A DNA stretch of 64,000 nucleotides from Sedimentisphaerales bacterium (GTDB taxonomy: Bacteria > Planctomycetota > Phycisphaerae > Sedimentisphaerales > Anaerobacaceae), in the NCBI GenBank assembly GCA_963708075.1, contig OY970194.1, positions 576,001 through 640,000 of the forward strand. The letters are read 5' to 3'. This document shows, one piece after another, positions 45,307 through 54,850 of the stretch; the first letter of the stretch is position 1; every line of letters starts with the position of its first letter. A model generated the notes under the pieces. The model worked only from the letters and a program-made list of their open reading frames with translations. It made no database searches and was not told the origin of the DNA. A program made the position numbers and the translations under genes.

Positions 45307-46620
45307 ATGGTGGATGTGCCATTTTGGAATAGAGAGATCGAGACGGCGGAGCGAAGCCGGCTCCAGGAGCTTCAGCTCCAGCGGCTGAAAACGATCATCG
45401 GGTGCGCCGTCAGGACGCCTTTCTACAAGAGGAGACTGGGCCAGGCCGGGATCAACTCGCCGGACGATGTCCGAAGCCTCCAGGACCTCCAATGCATTCC
45501 TTTTACCACGAAGGATGATCTGCGCCAGAGCTTTCCAAAGGGTCTGCTGGCCGTGGACATGCGCGAGGTCGTTCGGATTCACTCCTCCAGCGGCACGACG
45601 GGAATCCCCACGGTCATTTACTTCACGCGCAACGATATCGACAGTTGGACGGATCTGCTGGCGCGGAGCATCACGGGAACGGGCGCGACGCCCGACGATG
45701 TGTTCCAGAACATGATGACCTACGGCTTGTTCACCGGCGGGCTCGGCCTGCATTACGGTGCGGAACGCGTCGGCATGACCGTCATTCCCATCGGCGGGGG
45801 CAACACCAAGCGGCAGATCCAGACCATGAAGGACTTTCAGACCACCGTCGTGCACATCACGCCGAGTTATCTGCTGCATATTCATTCGAGACTGGGCGAG
45901 GACGGAATCCATCGGAAGGACCTGGCCCTGCGAAAAGCGTTCATCGGGGCCGAGCCTCACTCCGAGAACACTCGCCGCAAGCTGCAGGACCTGCTGCAGA
46001 TCGACGCATACAACTCCTACGGTTTGAGCGAGTTGAATGGCCCGGGCGTCGCCTTCGAGTGCGTCTGCAAAAAGGACATGCACGTCTGGGAAGACGCCTA
46101 CATTGCCGAAGTCATTGATTCGAAAACCGGCGAGGTCTTGAAGGATGGGCAGGAAGGGGAGTTGGTGCTGACGAATCTCGTTCGGTGTGCGATGCCGATC
46201 CTGAGATATCGCACCCGCGATCTTGCGTTCCTGCATCCGGAAGGCTGCGATTGCGGCCGGACCCACCGGCGACTTTCGAGAATTCTCGGCCGCACAGACG
46301 ACATGCTCATCATCAATGGCGTCAACGTCTTCCCCTCGCAGATCGAGGAGAAGATCATGAAGATCCCTGAGGTGGCGACGAATTACCAGATTCACGTCGA
46401 CAAGAAGGGGGCCCTGGACCGCCTCACGGTCAAGGTGGAAATCTATCCGAAGCTCTTCCTCGGAGAGGTGGCCAGGCTCGAGGCCCTGAGGGACAAGATT
46501 CGGGAGGAACTGCAGGCCTCCATTACGATCGCCCCGGTGGTGGAGCTGCACGAGCCCGGATCGCTGCCGGTGTTCGAGGGCAAGGCGAAACGCGTCGTGG
46601 ATGAGAGGCCCAAGGATTAG
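45307..46620 (+). CDS. paaK: Phenylacetate--CoA ligase family protein (copy 2)
   Basis: IPFTTK, SSGTTG, YGLFTGGLGLHYG, GAEPHSE, YGLSE, GRTDDMLIINGVNVFPSQIE. Confidence 0.92.
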   Translation: MVDVPFWNREIETAERSRLQELQLQRLKTIIGCAVRTPFYKRRLGQAGINSPDDVRSLQDLQCIPFTTKDDLRQSFPKGLLAVDMREVVRIHSSSGTTGIPTVIYFTRNDIDSWTDLLARSITGTGATPDDVFQNMMTYGLFTGGLGLHYGAERVGMTVIPIGGGNTKRQIQTMKDFQTTVVHITPSYLLHIHSRLGEDGIHRKDLALRKAFIGAEPHSENTRRKLQDLLQIDAYNSYGLSELNGPGVAFECVCKKDMHVWEDAYIAEVIDSKTGEVLKDGQEGELVLTNLVRCAMPILRYRTRDLAFLHPEGCDCGRTHRRLSRILGRTDDMLIINGVNVFPSQIEEKIMKIPEVATNYQIHVDKKGALDRLTVKVEIYPKLFLGEVARLEALRDKIREELQASITIAPVVELHEPGSLPVFEGKAKRVVDERPKD

Positions 46621-46631
46621 GACCCGCAAAC

Positions 46632-47066
46632 ATGGCAAAGCAGTTGACCATCTTCGTTGAGAATCGGCCGGGCAGGCTCAAGTCGATTTCTGAGAACCTG
46701 TGCAGGAGCCATATCGATATTCGCGCGTTCACGATTCAGGATCGGGGCGACTACGGCCTGCTCAGGCTCATCGTGGACAAGCCGAATGACGCCTACCTCG
46801 CGCTGGCCGATGTCGGGTGCGCCTGTGCCTTGAAGGACATTCTGGCGGTTTCCGTCCCCGACCAGCCGGGCAATTTCCACAAGCTGACCTCCGCCCTGGC
46901 GGAGAACAGCATCAATGTGCTCGACGCCTACGGATTTGTCCTGCAGCCGCACAAGACCGGCGTGTGCTGCATGGAAATTGACAAACCGCAGATAGCCAAG
47001 GCCGAGGAAGTGATCAAGGCAGCCGGGTTTACCGTGCTCGAGGACGAGGAATTGTACGGCTTGTGA
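46632..47066 (+). CDS. ACT-domain protein (copy 2)
   Basis: QLTIFVENRPGRL, DIRAF, DQPG. Confidence 0.88.
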   Translation: MAKQLTIFVENRPGRLKSISENLCRSHIDIRAFTIQDRGDYGLLRLIVDKPNDAYLALADVGCACALKDILAVSVPDQPGNFHKLTSALAENSINVLDAYGFVLQPHKTGVCCMEIDKPQIAKAEEVIKAAGFTVLEDEELYGL

Positions 47067-47087
47067 CAAGCGGGAAAGGGCCCGATC

Positions 47088-47930
47088 ATGAGACATGTTC
47101 CATGCACAACGGTCCTCTGCGTGTGTCTTCTGCTTCTGCCTTCCTGCCGCTCTGTGCGTGTGCAGCCCGATCCTGAGCGAGGCATCGCTGCCGCCCCTTT
47201 TGAGTGGCCCGAGGGCAGACGGGCGGCAGTGAGCCTGAGCTTCGATGACGCTCGCGCCAGCCAGTTGGATGCCGGGATTCCTATCCTCGATGCGCATGGC
47301 GTCAAGGCGACGTTCTATGTCTCGATGGACGGACTTGAGAAACGTCTCCCGGACTGGAAGGCCGTGGCGGCCGCCGGGCACGAGATTGGCAATCATTCGA
47401 TACGTCACCCCTGCAGTGGGAACTTCTCGTGGTCGAAGGTCAAAGCCTTGGAGGACTACACGCCGGCCCAGATGGCGGCGGAGCTCGACGCGGCAAACGC
47501 AAAGATCGAGAGTCTGCTGGGCGTCCAGCCGGTGACTTATGCCTATCCCTGCGGCCAGAAATACGTTGGACGCGGCGAGCAGACGAGAAGCTATGTTCCG
47601 CTGATTGCCAAACGCTTCCTGGCGGGCCGCGGCTGGCGCGATGAGGGCGCAAACGATCCGGCGTTTTGCGATCCGGCCCAGTTGATGACGGTTGAATTTG
47701 ACGGGCTGACTTTCGAGCAATTGAAGGTTCTGGTCGATGACGCGGCGAAGAACGGCTTCTGGCTCGTGCTCTGTGGCCACGACATCGGACCTGGCGGCCG
47801 CCAGACGACGCGCGTGGATACATTGCGTGCGTTCTGTGAGTACGCCCGGAACCCTGCAAACGGTCTATGGGTCGATACCGTGGCGAACGTCGCACGCCAT
47901 GTCAGGAACCAGCGAGCCGCCCGCAAGTAG
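47088..47930 (+). CDS. Polysaccharide deacetylase (CE4/NodB-like), probable lipoprotein
   Basis: LLLPSC lipobox-like; SLSFDD, HEIGNHSIRHP, YAYPCG. Confidence 0.85.
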   Translation: MRHVPCTTVLCVCLLLLPSCRSVRVQPDPERGIAAAPFEWPEGRRAAVSLSFDDARASQLDAGIPILDAHGVKATFYVSMDGLEKRLPDWKAVAAAGHEIGNHSIRHPCSGNFSWSKVKALEDYTPAQMAAELDAANAKIESLLGVQPVTYAYPCGQKYVGRGEQTRSYVPLIAKRFLAGRGWRDEGANDPAFCDPAQLMTVEFDGLTFEQLKVLVDDAAKNGFWLVLCGHDIGPGGRQTTRVDTLRAFCEYARNPANGLWVDTVANVARHVRNQRAARK

Positions 47931-47975
47931 ACTTGGATGATCCCGCCGCACCGGCGGGGAAATGGGAGGAAGAAA

Positions 47976-50327
47976 ATGGCAACACGACTCTCGCTCGTGA
48001 ACTGCACGCTGTTGTTGGCCGGGATCATGTCCCTGCATGGGAACGCACTGGCCGAGACGGACTCGCCGATCTATCGCGACGCGATGCAGCCCGTTGAGGT
48101 CCGGGTCGAAGATCTCCTGCGTCGAATGACGCTCGCAGAGAAAGTCGGCCAGATCAATATGCCGTGCGTCTATGTAGGCGGGCTTGGCTCGGACGTGTCG
48201 AGCAAGACGGAAGGGTGTCGCCAGTTCACGCTGGGCCGGTTGGAGCCGGGGATCGGGCCGGCCGGCGGTTTCTTCACGCTGGCCAACGAGATTCTGCGCG
48301 AAGGGCCGGGTCAGCAGGCAGGATTCTTCAACGCGTTGCAGCAACTGGCAATCAAGCAGACCCGGCTGGGCATTCCTCTGCTGCAAACAGAGGAAGGGAC
48401 CCATGGCATGATGTGTTCGCTGGGGACCATCTTCCCGGAGGGGCCGGGATTGGGAAGCACGTGGAACCTGGACCTCGTCCGGGAGATCTACGCCGCGGCA
48501 GCGAGAGAAGCTCGTGCCGTCGGCATTCACCAGTTGTGTACGCTGGTCGTCGAGCCCATTCGTGATCCTCGCCTGGGCCGAAATCAGGAGGCGTATAGCG
48601 AAGATCCATTCTTCTGCGGCCGCATGGCGCAAACCATCGTTGAGTCGGTCCAGGGCGGTGACATCCGCTCGCCGGAGCATGTCGCCGCTGTTCTGTGCCA
48701 CTATCCGGGCCAGAGTCAGCCGGTGAGCGGCCTGGAGCGGGGAGCGATGGAGATCTCGGAGAGAACCCTGCGAGAGGTCTTCCTCGTGCCCTGGGTGGCG
48801 GGCATAAAGAAAGCCGGCGCGCTTGGCGTGATGGCGACCTATCCGACAATTGACGGCACGCCGGTTCATGCCTCCGAATGGATTCTGACGAAGATTCTCC
48901 GCGAGGAGCTTGGCTTCCAGGGGCTGGTCCTGAGCGAGGGCAGCGGCATCGAGACGATCATCTACGAGCACTTGGCCAGAGACTACAAGGAAGCGGGCGC
49001 GATAGCGCTGAAGGCTGGCGTGGACGTCGGTATCTCCTACGAATCCGCGTACATGCGGGACATGATTGAAAGCGTTGAGCAGGGACTCGTCCCGGAGTCG
49101 CTGCTGGACCGTACTGTGCGTCGCATTCTGAGAATGAAGTTCCGGTTGGGGCTGTTTGAGAATCCGCTTGTTGATGTCGCTCGTGCACAGCAGGTCGTAC
49201 ACAACGCAAAGCATCAGGACTTGGCCCTCCAGGCGGCCCGTGAGAGCATCGTGCTCCTGAAGAACGATGGCAATCTCCTACCGCTGAGCAAGGATCTGGA
49301 TTCCATCGCTATCATCGGCCCGAACGCCGACCACGCCAAGAATCAGTTGGGGGACTACGTGTCGTTGACAGTCTTGCAGGATGTCGTGACCGTTTTTGAG
49401 GGCATCAAGGCGACTGTCTCACCCAAGACGCAGGTGGAGTACGTCAAAGGCTGTGAGGTGGTGGACGCGGGCAATAATGAGATATCCAAGGCGCAGGAGG
49501 CGGCCAGGCGAGCCAAGGTCGCCATCGTCGTGATTGGCGAGAACGAGTGGCGAAGTCCGAAGAAGACCGGGACGGATGGCGAAGGGTATGATGCGGCGAC
49601 GCTGGAACTGACCGGCCTGCAACTGGAGCTGGTCAAGGCTGTGTACGAGACGGGGACGCCGACTGTGGTCGTTCTGATCAACGGTCGCCCCTTGGCGATT
49701 CCCTGGATTGCCGAGCACGTTCCGGCGGTAGTCGAAGCCTGGCTGCCGGGCGAGAAGGGCGGGCTGGCCGTGGCGGACGTACTGTTCGGCGACTACAACC
49801 CCAGCGGCCGGCTCCCGGTAACAGTACCGCGTCACGCAGGCCAACTGCCTGTCTATTACAATCACAAGCCCTCGAAGTCATACTGGATTGAGCACGGCTG
49901 GGGCAAGCCGTACGTGGACATGAATCCCGCACCGCTGTACGAGTTCGGTTACGGCCTGAGCTACGCGAAATTCGAATACAGCAATCTGAAGATTGAACCC
50001 AAGGTCACGGCCGCTGGCGGCTCAGTCCGCGTCAGCGCGGATGTCGAGAACACAGGAGGCCGCCCCGGCGCGGAAGTCGTCCAGCTCTATATCAATGACG
50101 TGATCAGCAGCGTCGTGACGCCTGTGAAGCAATTGAGGGGTTTTGAGAAAATCCCGCTTCGGCCCGGGGAAAAGAAGACGGTCAGCTTTGTTCTTACGCC
50201 TGAACATCTTGCCTTGCTGAATCGTCACCTGGAATGGGTCGTCGAGCCGGGGATATTCAAGGTCATGGTGGGGCACTCTTCGAAAGACATTCGCCTGACA
50301 GGTACGTTTGAAGTAACAGGCCGGTGA
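47976..50327 (+). CDS. GH3 glycoside hydrolase (N, C and Fn3-like domains), secreted
   Basis: MTLAEKVGQ, TRLGIP, DPRLGRNQE, SIVLLKN, AWLPGEKGG, PSGRLP, FGYGLSY; GGAGG SD before ATG 47976. Confidence 0.92.
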   Translation: MATRLSLVNCTLLLAGIMSLHGNALAETDSPIYRDAMQPVEVRVEDLLRRMTLAEKVGQINMPCVYVGGLGSDVSSKTEGCRQFTLGRLEPGIGPAGGFFTLANEILREGPGQQAGFFNALQQLAIKQTRLGIPLLQTEEGTHGMMCSLGTIFPEGPGLGSTWNLDLVREIYAAAAREARAVGIHQLCTLVVEPIRDPRLGRNQEAYSEDPFFCGRMAQTIVESVQGGDIRSPEHVAAVLCHYPGQSQPVSGLERGAMEISERTLREVFLVPWVAGIKKAGALGVMATYPTIDGTPVHASEWILTKILREELGFQGLVLSEGSGIETIIYEHLARDYKEAGAIALKAGVDVGISYESAYMRDMIESVEQGLVPESLLDRTVRRILRMKFRLGLFENPLVDVARAQQVVHNAKHQDLALQAARESIVLLKNDGNLLPLSKDLDSIAIIGPNADHAKNQLGDYVSLTVLQDVVTVFEGIKATVSPKTQVEYVKGCEVVDAGNNEISKAQEAARRAKVAIVVIGENEWRSPKKTGTDGEGYDAATLELTGLQLELVKAVYETGTPTVVVLINGRPLAIPWIAEHVPAVVEAWLPGEKGGLAVADVLFGDYNPSGRLPVTVPRHAGQLPVYYNHKPSKSYWIEHGWGKPYVDMNPAPLYEFGYGLSYAKFEYSNLKIEPKVTAAGGSVRVSADVENTGGRPGAEVVQLYINDVISSVVTPVKQLRGFEKIPLRPGEKKTVSFVLTPEHLALLNRHLEWVVEPGIFKVMVGHSSKDIRLTGTFEVTGR

Positions 50328-50425
50328 TGAGGCACATGCTCCTTGCCCATTGCACTTTGTGATGAATTGGATATGCTCTGCGGTTTCCGCCCATCCAGGG
50401 GCTTTCGGAGATCGACAGGGTACGT

Positions 50426-51661
50426 ATGAGTCAGCAGTCTCTCAGAGTGCAATGGATACAGTTGCTCGTTCTGTCCGGCGTCCACTTTCTCGTGGACATG
50501 CTGGGGAACCTGCTTCCGGCGATCCTGCCGGTCATCCTCAAGGAGTACGGAATCACCCTGTTTGTAGGTGTGTCCATCCCCATCTTCCTCTCGTTGGCCG
50601 CCAATGGCGTCCAGATCCTGACGGGCCGCATGCGGTCCGACAAGACCACGCCCCTTTTCCTGCATCTCGGAATGATCCTGGCGGCGAGCATGTGCCTTAT
50701 TGCGCTGGCGCCCAGGTCGCCGGCAGGGGTTCTTCTCCTGTTCGCGCTCGGCGTCATCAGCGGCACAGGGGTGGCCGTCGCTCACCCGGAGGGTCTGCGG
50801 GCGGTGCACACTCTGGATCGGATCTCGCCGTCGCTGAGCACGGCGGTGTTCATGACGACCGGGTTCTTCGGCTTTGCCTGCGGCGGGATGATCTCGGCCG
50901 TCCTGGTTGCCTCGCATGGATTGAAGGGGCTCTATCCCCTGGTTGTCTGCCCCGTCGTGGGCATCCTTGCGATAGTCGTGTCGAGGGTCCGTCTGTCGGT
51001 TGACAGCAAGATCGAGCCGGCCAACGGCGGGCAGCCGATACTTCCGTCCGGCTCGGTGCCTTTCTGGAAAGTGCTGCTCATCGGGGTCCCGGCGGCGGTC
51101 TCGACCACGATCGTTCTGCAACTGACGCCGACATACCTGCATGAGATGGGATTTGACCTTACGTTCGGCGGCTTCTCCACGGCGGTTTTCGGCTGGGGCG
51201 GGGCGGTCGGGCCGTTCCTCTGGGCGGCTCTGGCGCACAAGAGAGGGGATCTGTCGTGCTCAGTCTGGGCCTTTCTGCTCTCCGCTCCTTTCATGGTGCT
51301 GTATCTCATGTTCGACGACCGTCCTGCTGCGGCCTGGTTGCTGTTCGGCGTTGGCTTCTCTTCCATGTCCGCCTATATCCTGACCGTCACACTGGCCCGC
51401 GAGGCAAAGGGCCTGAATCTCGGCCATCGCATGGCTCTCATCGTCGGCGGCACCTGGGGCATTTCCATGGTGATTTACCTGGTCTTTGCGGTTGTGGCTG
51501 ATCTGGTAGGTACCGGGCCTGTCCTGAAACTCACGCCTGCAGGGTACCTGCTTTCGGCGATAGTCGCCTTCTACGTGCTGCGGCAACATCCGGAATCCGT
51601 CCGCCGTTTCCGTGCTGTCCCGGCTGTCAATCTGCCGGGTAGTGAGCAAGTATCTGCATAG
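50426..51661 (+). CDS. MFS transporter (Fsr-like)
   Basis: About 12 hydrophobic segments; HFLVD and AHPEG motifs. Confidence 0.85.
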   Translation: MSQQSLRVQWIQLLVLSGVHFLVDMLGNLLPAILPVILKEYGITLFVGVSIPIFLSLAANGVQILTGRMRSDKTTPLFLHLGMILAASMCLIALAPRSPAGVLLLFALGVISGTGVAVAHPEGLRAVHTLDRISPSLSTAVFMTTGFFGFACGGMISAVLVASHGLKGLYPLVVCPVVGILAIVVSRVRLSVDSKIEPANGGQPILPSGSVPFWKVLLIGVPAAVSTTIVLQLTPTYLHEMGFDLTFGGFSTAVFGWGGAVGPFLWAALAHKRGDLSCSVWAFLLSAPFMVLYLMFDDRPAAAWLLFGVGFSSMSAYILTVTLAREAKGLNLGHRMALIVGGTWGISMVIYLVFAVVADLVGTGPVLKLTPAGYLLSAIVAFYVLRQHPESVRRFRAVPAVNLPGSEQVSA

Positions 51662-51694
51662 ACTGTCACTGTAAGTTGCTGGGAGGTCCCCGCG

Positions 51695-53950
51695 ATGAAG
51701 ATTGGGAATGCAATGTGCGTTCTGTTCCTGACAGCGGCTGTTGTCTCGTCCAGGGCATTGCCGCAAGAGAGTCAATCAGGGCAAGTTGTTGTCGCGGAGT
51801 TGATGAAATCCGTGCCGCCGGACTTCCCGCGGTTCACGTTTGCAGGCCACACGGAACAGGCGGACCTGCTCACGCACTATCTGTGGTACCATTTCAATCA
51901 TCGGCTTGGCAACGGCCTGACTCTCTTTAACCAGGAGTACCTGCTGACCTCGGACATCTGGCTGGCTAATGCCCGTCCGAGGGGCTCAGATCAACCCATC
52001 CAGGAAGTGCACCGCTCCATGCTCCTCGGCATGCAGATGGATGAGGAGGGATACGTGCTGACGCACCAGCACTTCTCGCATGCTCACGACCACGGCTGGC
52101 CGTTTCCGCTCTGGACCCAGTCGGACAACCACCCGGACCGGGTCAAGGGCAAGACTTTCGGCTGGCATTTCCAGCCGCTGGATAAGGTGCCGGGCTGGGT
52201 GGGCGATCATCTCCGGCATTGGAAGCAGGACGAGTACGCGGGCGAGAAGGCGGCGTCGCTTTGGGAATTGCACAATGCACGCTCCCTCGGCATCCAGGAT
52301 AACCGCTGGCGTCTGGAAGCCGCCGGCCCGTCGCCGACAATTGTTACGCCGCAGGGGTACGCCATCGACGCGTTCAACGCACCGTATCTGCAATTGCGCT
52401 GGATGCGTGCGGGCAACGCGAAGGATCACACGCTGCCTTATGTGGAGTGGTTACGCGAAGGGGAGAGTGAATTCGGTCCTGACCGGCGGGTCTATTTCCG
52501 TCCTGAGAAGACGCCTTTATCGAGTGATTTCTATCATTCGATCATGGCCATGCACAGGCATCCCAAGTGGACAGGGAGGATTGAGCGCATTCGCATCTGC
52601 CTGGCACCGGGCGAATCCGAGGGCAAGTTCGAGATCGATTCATTCTTCACCGCATACGACACTCGGCACTCCATCAACAACCCCATCTTCATCCTGGCCG
52701 GCGCGAGATACTTCAGTTGGACGGGCGATGTCGATTTCCTGCGCCGGCAGATCGATCGGATGCGGCTTGCCCTTCGATACCAGCAGACCGTTATGGGCGG
52801 CCTGGAGCGCAATCACATCCGCAATCCCTGGCCCGGCCACGACGGTCTGGCAGGCTTCACCAGGGACTCCGACGGCAAGGTGACGATCCGAGGCGGGCAC
52901 GGCATCGGCAACAACTACTGGGACCTGATGCCCTTCGGGTGGGATGATCTGTACGCCACGAACCAGTACTACGCCGCCACCGTGGCTATGGCCGATATCG
53001 AGCAGGCTATCGAGGAGCATCCAGGCTGGGACGTGCCTCTGGGTGCGATGAAGATGGATCCTCGCTGGCTGCGGGAGCATGCCGCCGACGTGAAAAGAAC
53101 GGCAAACGAGCTGTTCTGGAACGGCGACACGGGCCGGTTCTTCGCCTGCATCGACAAGGAGGGCCGCCGGTATGACTACGGCTATACATTCCTCAATCTC
53201 GATGCAATCTGGTACGGTCTGACCGCAGACGAGCACGCGAGTTCCATTGTGGATTGGGTCAGTGGCAAAAGGATTGTGCAGGGCGACACATCCCAGGGGC
53301 AGGACATCTACCACTGGCGTTTCGGACCACGAGCCACGACTCTCCGAAACGTGGATTGGTACGGCCAAGGCTGGTACGCGCCGGAATCGATCCCCTGGGG
53401 GGGCCAGGTGCAGGATGGCGGGGCGGTGCTCGGCTTCAGCTTCTACGACCTGTGGGCAAGGCTCAGGGTTCTCGGGCCGGAGGACTGCTGGCAACGGCTT
53501 ACGGCGATCCTCGAATGGGAGAAAGAGGTGCACGCGGCGGGGGGCTATCGCAAGTACTACGAGGGCGGCAAGCGAGGCACGACTCTGCAGGGCGGCGGCA
53601 CGGCAGGGGGGATCGGGATCGACTATGAGTTCTACGAGAGCAGCCTGGTCCCTTCGATCATCGCTTATGGCTTTCTGGGCTTGGAGGCCACTCCGACCGG
53701 CATCCTCCGTATCCGGCCGCAATTACCCAGGGCTTGCCCGGAGATGGGCCTGAACAATCTTCTTTACCATGGTACTTGCATGGACATAAGCACGCGCAAC
53801 GACCGGATTAAGATCACTTTGAAAGACTCGCCTGTCGATCCAGTGATGCTTGCCCTTGATGACCAGTGGCGAGGCGATGGGGTCGAGCGAGCAGACGGTG
53901 TGTTCTTCCTGACCAAAGCAGGGACGCACCTGTTTCAACGGAATGAGTGA
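51695..53950 (+). CDS. Secreted hypothetical protein, probable (alpha/alpha)6-barrel glycoside hydrolase
   Basis: Signal peptide; YFSWTGDVDFLR, NYWD, NELFWNGDTGRF, LRIRPQLP. Confidence 0.55.
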   Translation: MKIGNAMCVLFLTAAVVSSRALPQESQSGQVVVAELMKSVPPDFPRFTFAGHTEQADLLTHYLWYHFNHRLGNGLTLFNQEYLLTSDIWLANARPRGSDQPIQEVHRSMLLGMQMDEEGYVLTHQHFSHAHDHGWPFPLWTQSDNHPDRVKGKTFGWHFQPLDKVPGWVGDHLRHWKQDEYAGEKAASLWELHNARSLGIQDNRWRLEAAGPSPTIVTPQGYAIDAFNAPYLQLRWMRAGNAKDHTLPYVEWLREGESEFGPDRRVYFRPEKTPLSSDFYHSIMAMHRHPKWTGRIERIRICLAPGESEGKFEIDSFFTAYDTRHSINNPIFILAGARYFSWTGDVDFLRRQIDRMRLALRYQQTVMGGLERNHIRNPWPGHDGLAGFTRDSDGKVTIRGGHGIGNNYWDLMPFGWDDLYATNQYYAATVAMADIEQAIEEHPGWDVPLGAMKMDPRWLREHAADVKRTANELFWNGDTGRFFACIDKEGRRYDYGYTFLNLDAIWYGLTADEHASSIVDWVSGKRIVQGDTSQGQDIYHWRFGPRATTLRNVDWYGQGWYAPESIPWGGQVQDGGAVLGFSFYDLWARLRVLGPEDCWQRLTAILEWEKEVHAAGGYRKYYEGGKRGTTLQGGGTAGGIGIDYEFYESSLVPSIIAYGFLGLEATPTGILRIRPQLPRACPEMGLNNLLYHGTCMDISTRNDRIKITLKDSPVDPVMLALDDQWRGDGVERADGVFFLTKAGTHLFQRNE

Positions 53951-54616
53951 TCACGACCGCCGCAGATCGGAAAGCCGCAGTGCATTTTCTTTCGTATATG
54001 TGCCCACGCGGGTCCGCTCCAGGGTGTCCGCGTATCCGCCGGTGCCGAGCATCTCGCCCAGGTCGCGGGCCAGCGACCGCACGTAGAATCCCGGACCGGT
54101 TACCAGCCTTACATCCACAAAGGGCCAGGCATACGCGAGCAGCTCAATGTGCTTCGTTTCGACCTGTCTGAGCGGCAAATCCGTGGATTTGTGTGCCCTC
54201 GACAGCTTGTAGGCCCGTTTTCCGCCCACCTTGACGGCGGAGAAGGCGGGAGGACGTTGCTGGATTATCCCTTCAAAGCTCTTCAGAGCCTGTCGGACCT
54301 GGTCCTCGGAGGGAATCTGAGAGACCGGGACCTGCGTCTTTCGCCCCTCGAGATCATCTGAAGCGCTTCGCCATCCCAGCTTGATGCGGACCACATATTC
54401 CTTCTCTTTTCCAACAATGGCAGCGAGCGTTCGGGTGACGGCTCTCCCTACGCCAATGACCATGACGCCCTTGGCACAGGGGTCGAGGGTGCCGGCGTGA
54501 CCAACTCGCCTCTCGCCGGTATATCTCCGGATGGCGTTGACAATGTCATGCGAGCTGTACCCCTCTTCTTTATATATGGCCACAATACCATCGTTTATCA
54601 GATTGCTTTCAGACAT
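53951..54616 (-). CDS. truB: tRNA pseudouridine(55) synthase, short form
   Basis: SSHDIV, VGHAGTLDP, PPAFSAVKVGGKRAYKL, GFYVRSLARDLG, LERTRVG. Confidence 0.92.
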   Translation of the reverse strand: MSESNLINDGIVAIYKEEGYSSHDIVNAIRRYTGERRVGHAGTLDPCAKGVMVIGVGRAVTRTLAAIVGKEKEYVVRIKLGWRSASDDLEGRKTQVPVSQIPSEDQVRQALKSFEGIIQQRPPAFSAVKVGGKRAYKLSRAHKSTDLPLRQVETKHIELLAYAWPFVDVRLVTGPGFYVRSLARDLGEMLGTGGYADTLERTRVGTYTKENALRLSDLRRS

Positions 54617-54850
54617 TTGTACCTGCACTAACCGAGATTACAGGCCCGACAGCGGACGGATTCATCCATTCCTGCAGGCCGAATCCATGGTAGCACAAAT
54701 CTGCGGCCAGTGGTATAGTTGAGTCTATGTGGCGCTCACCCAGGCTGCAGACCTCGCCGGTAAGGGCTTGAATTGCCGCAGGTCCATCCAATACAATAGC
54801 ACCGAAGAGACAAGTGAATCGAGGGTAGAGCCTTTTGAAGGAGGATTGAT

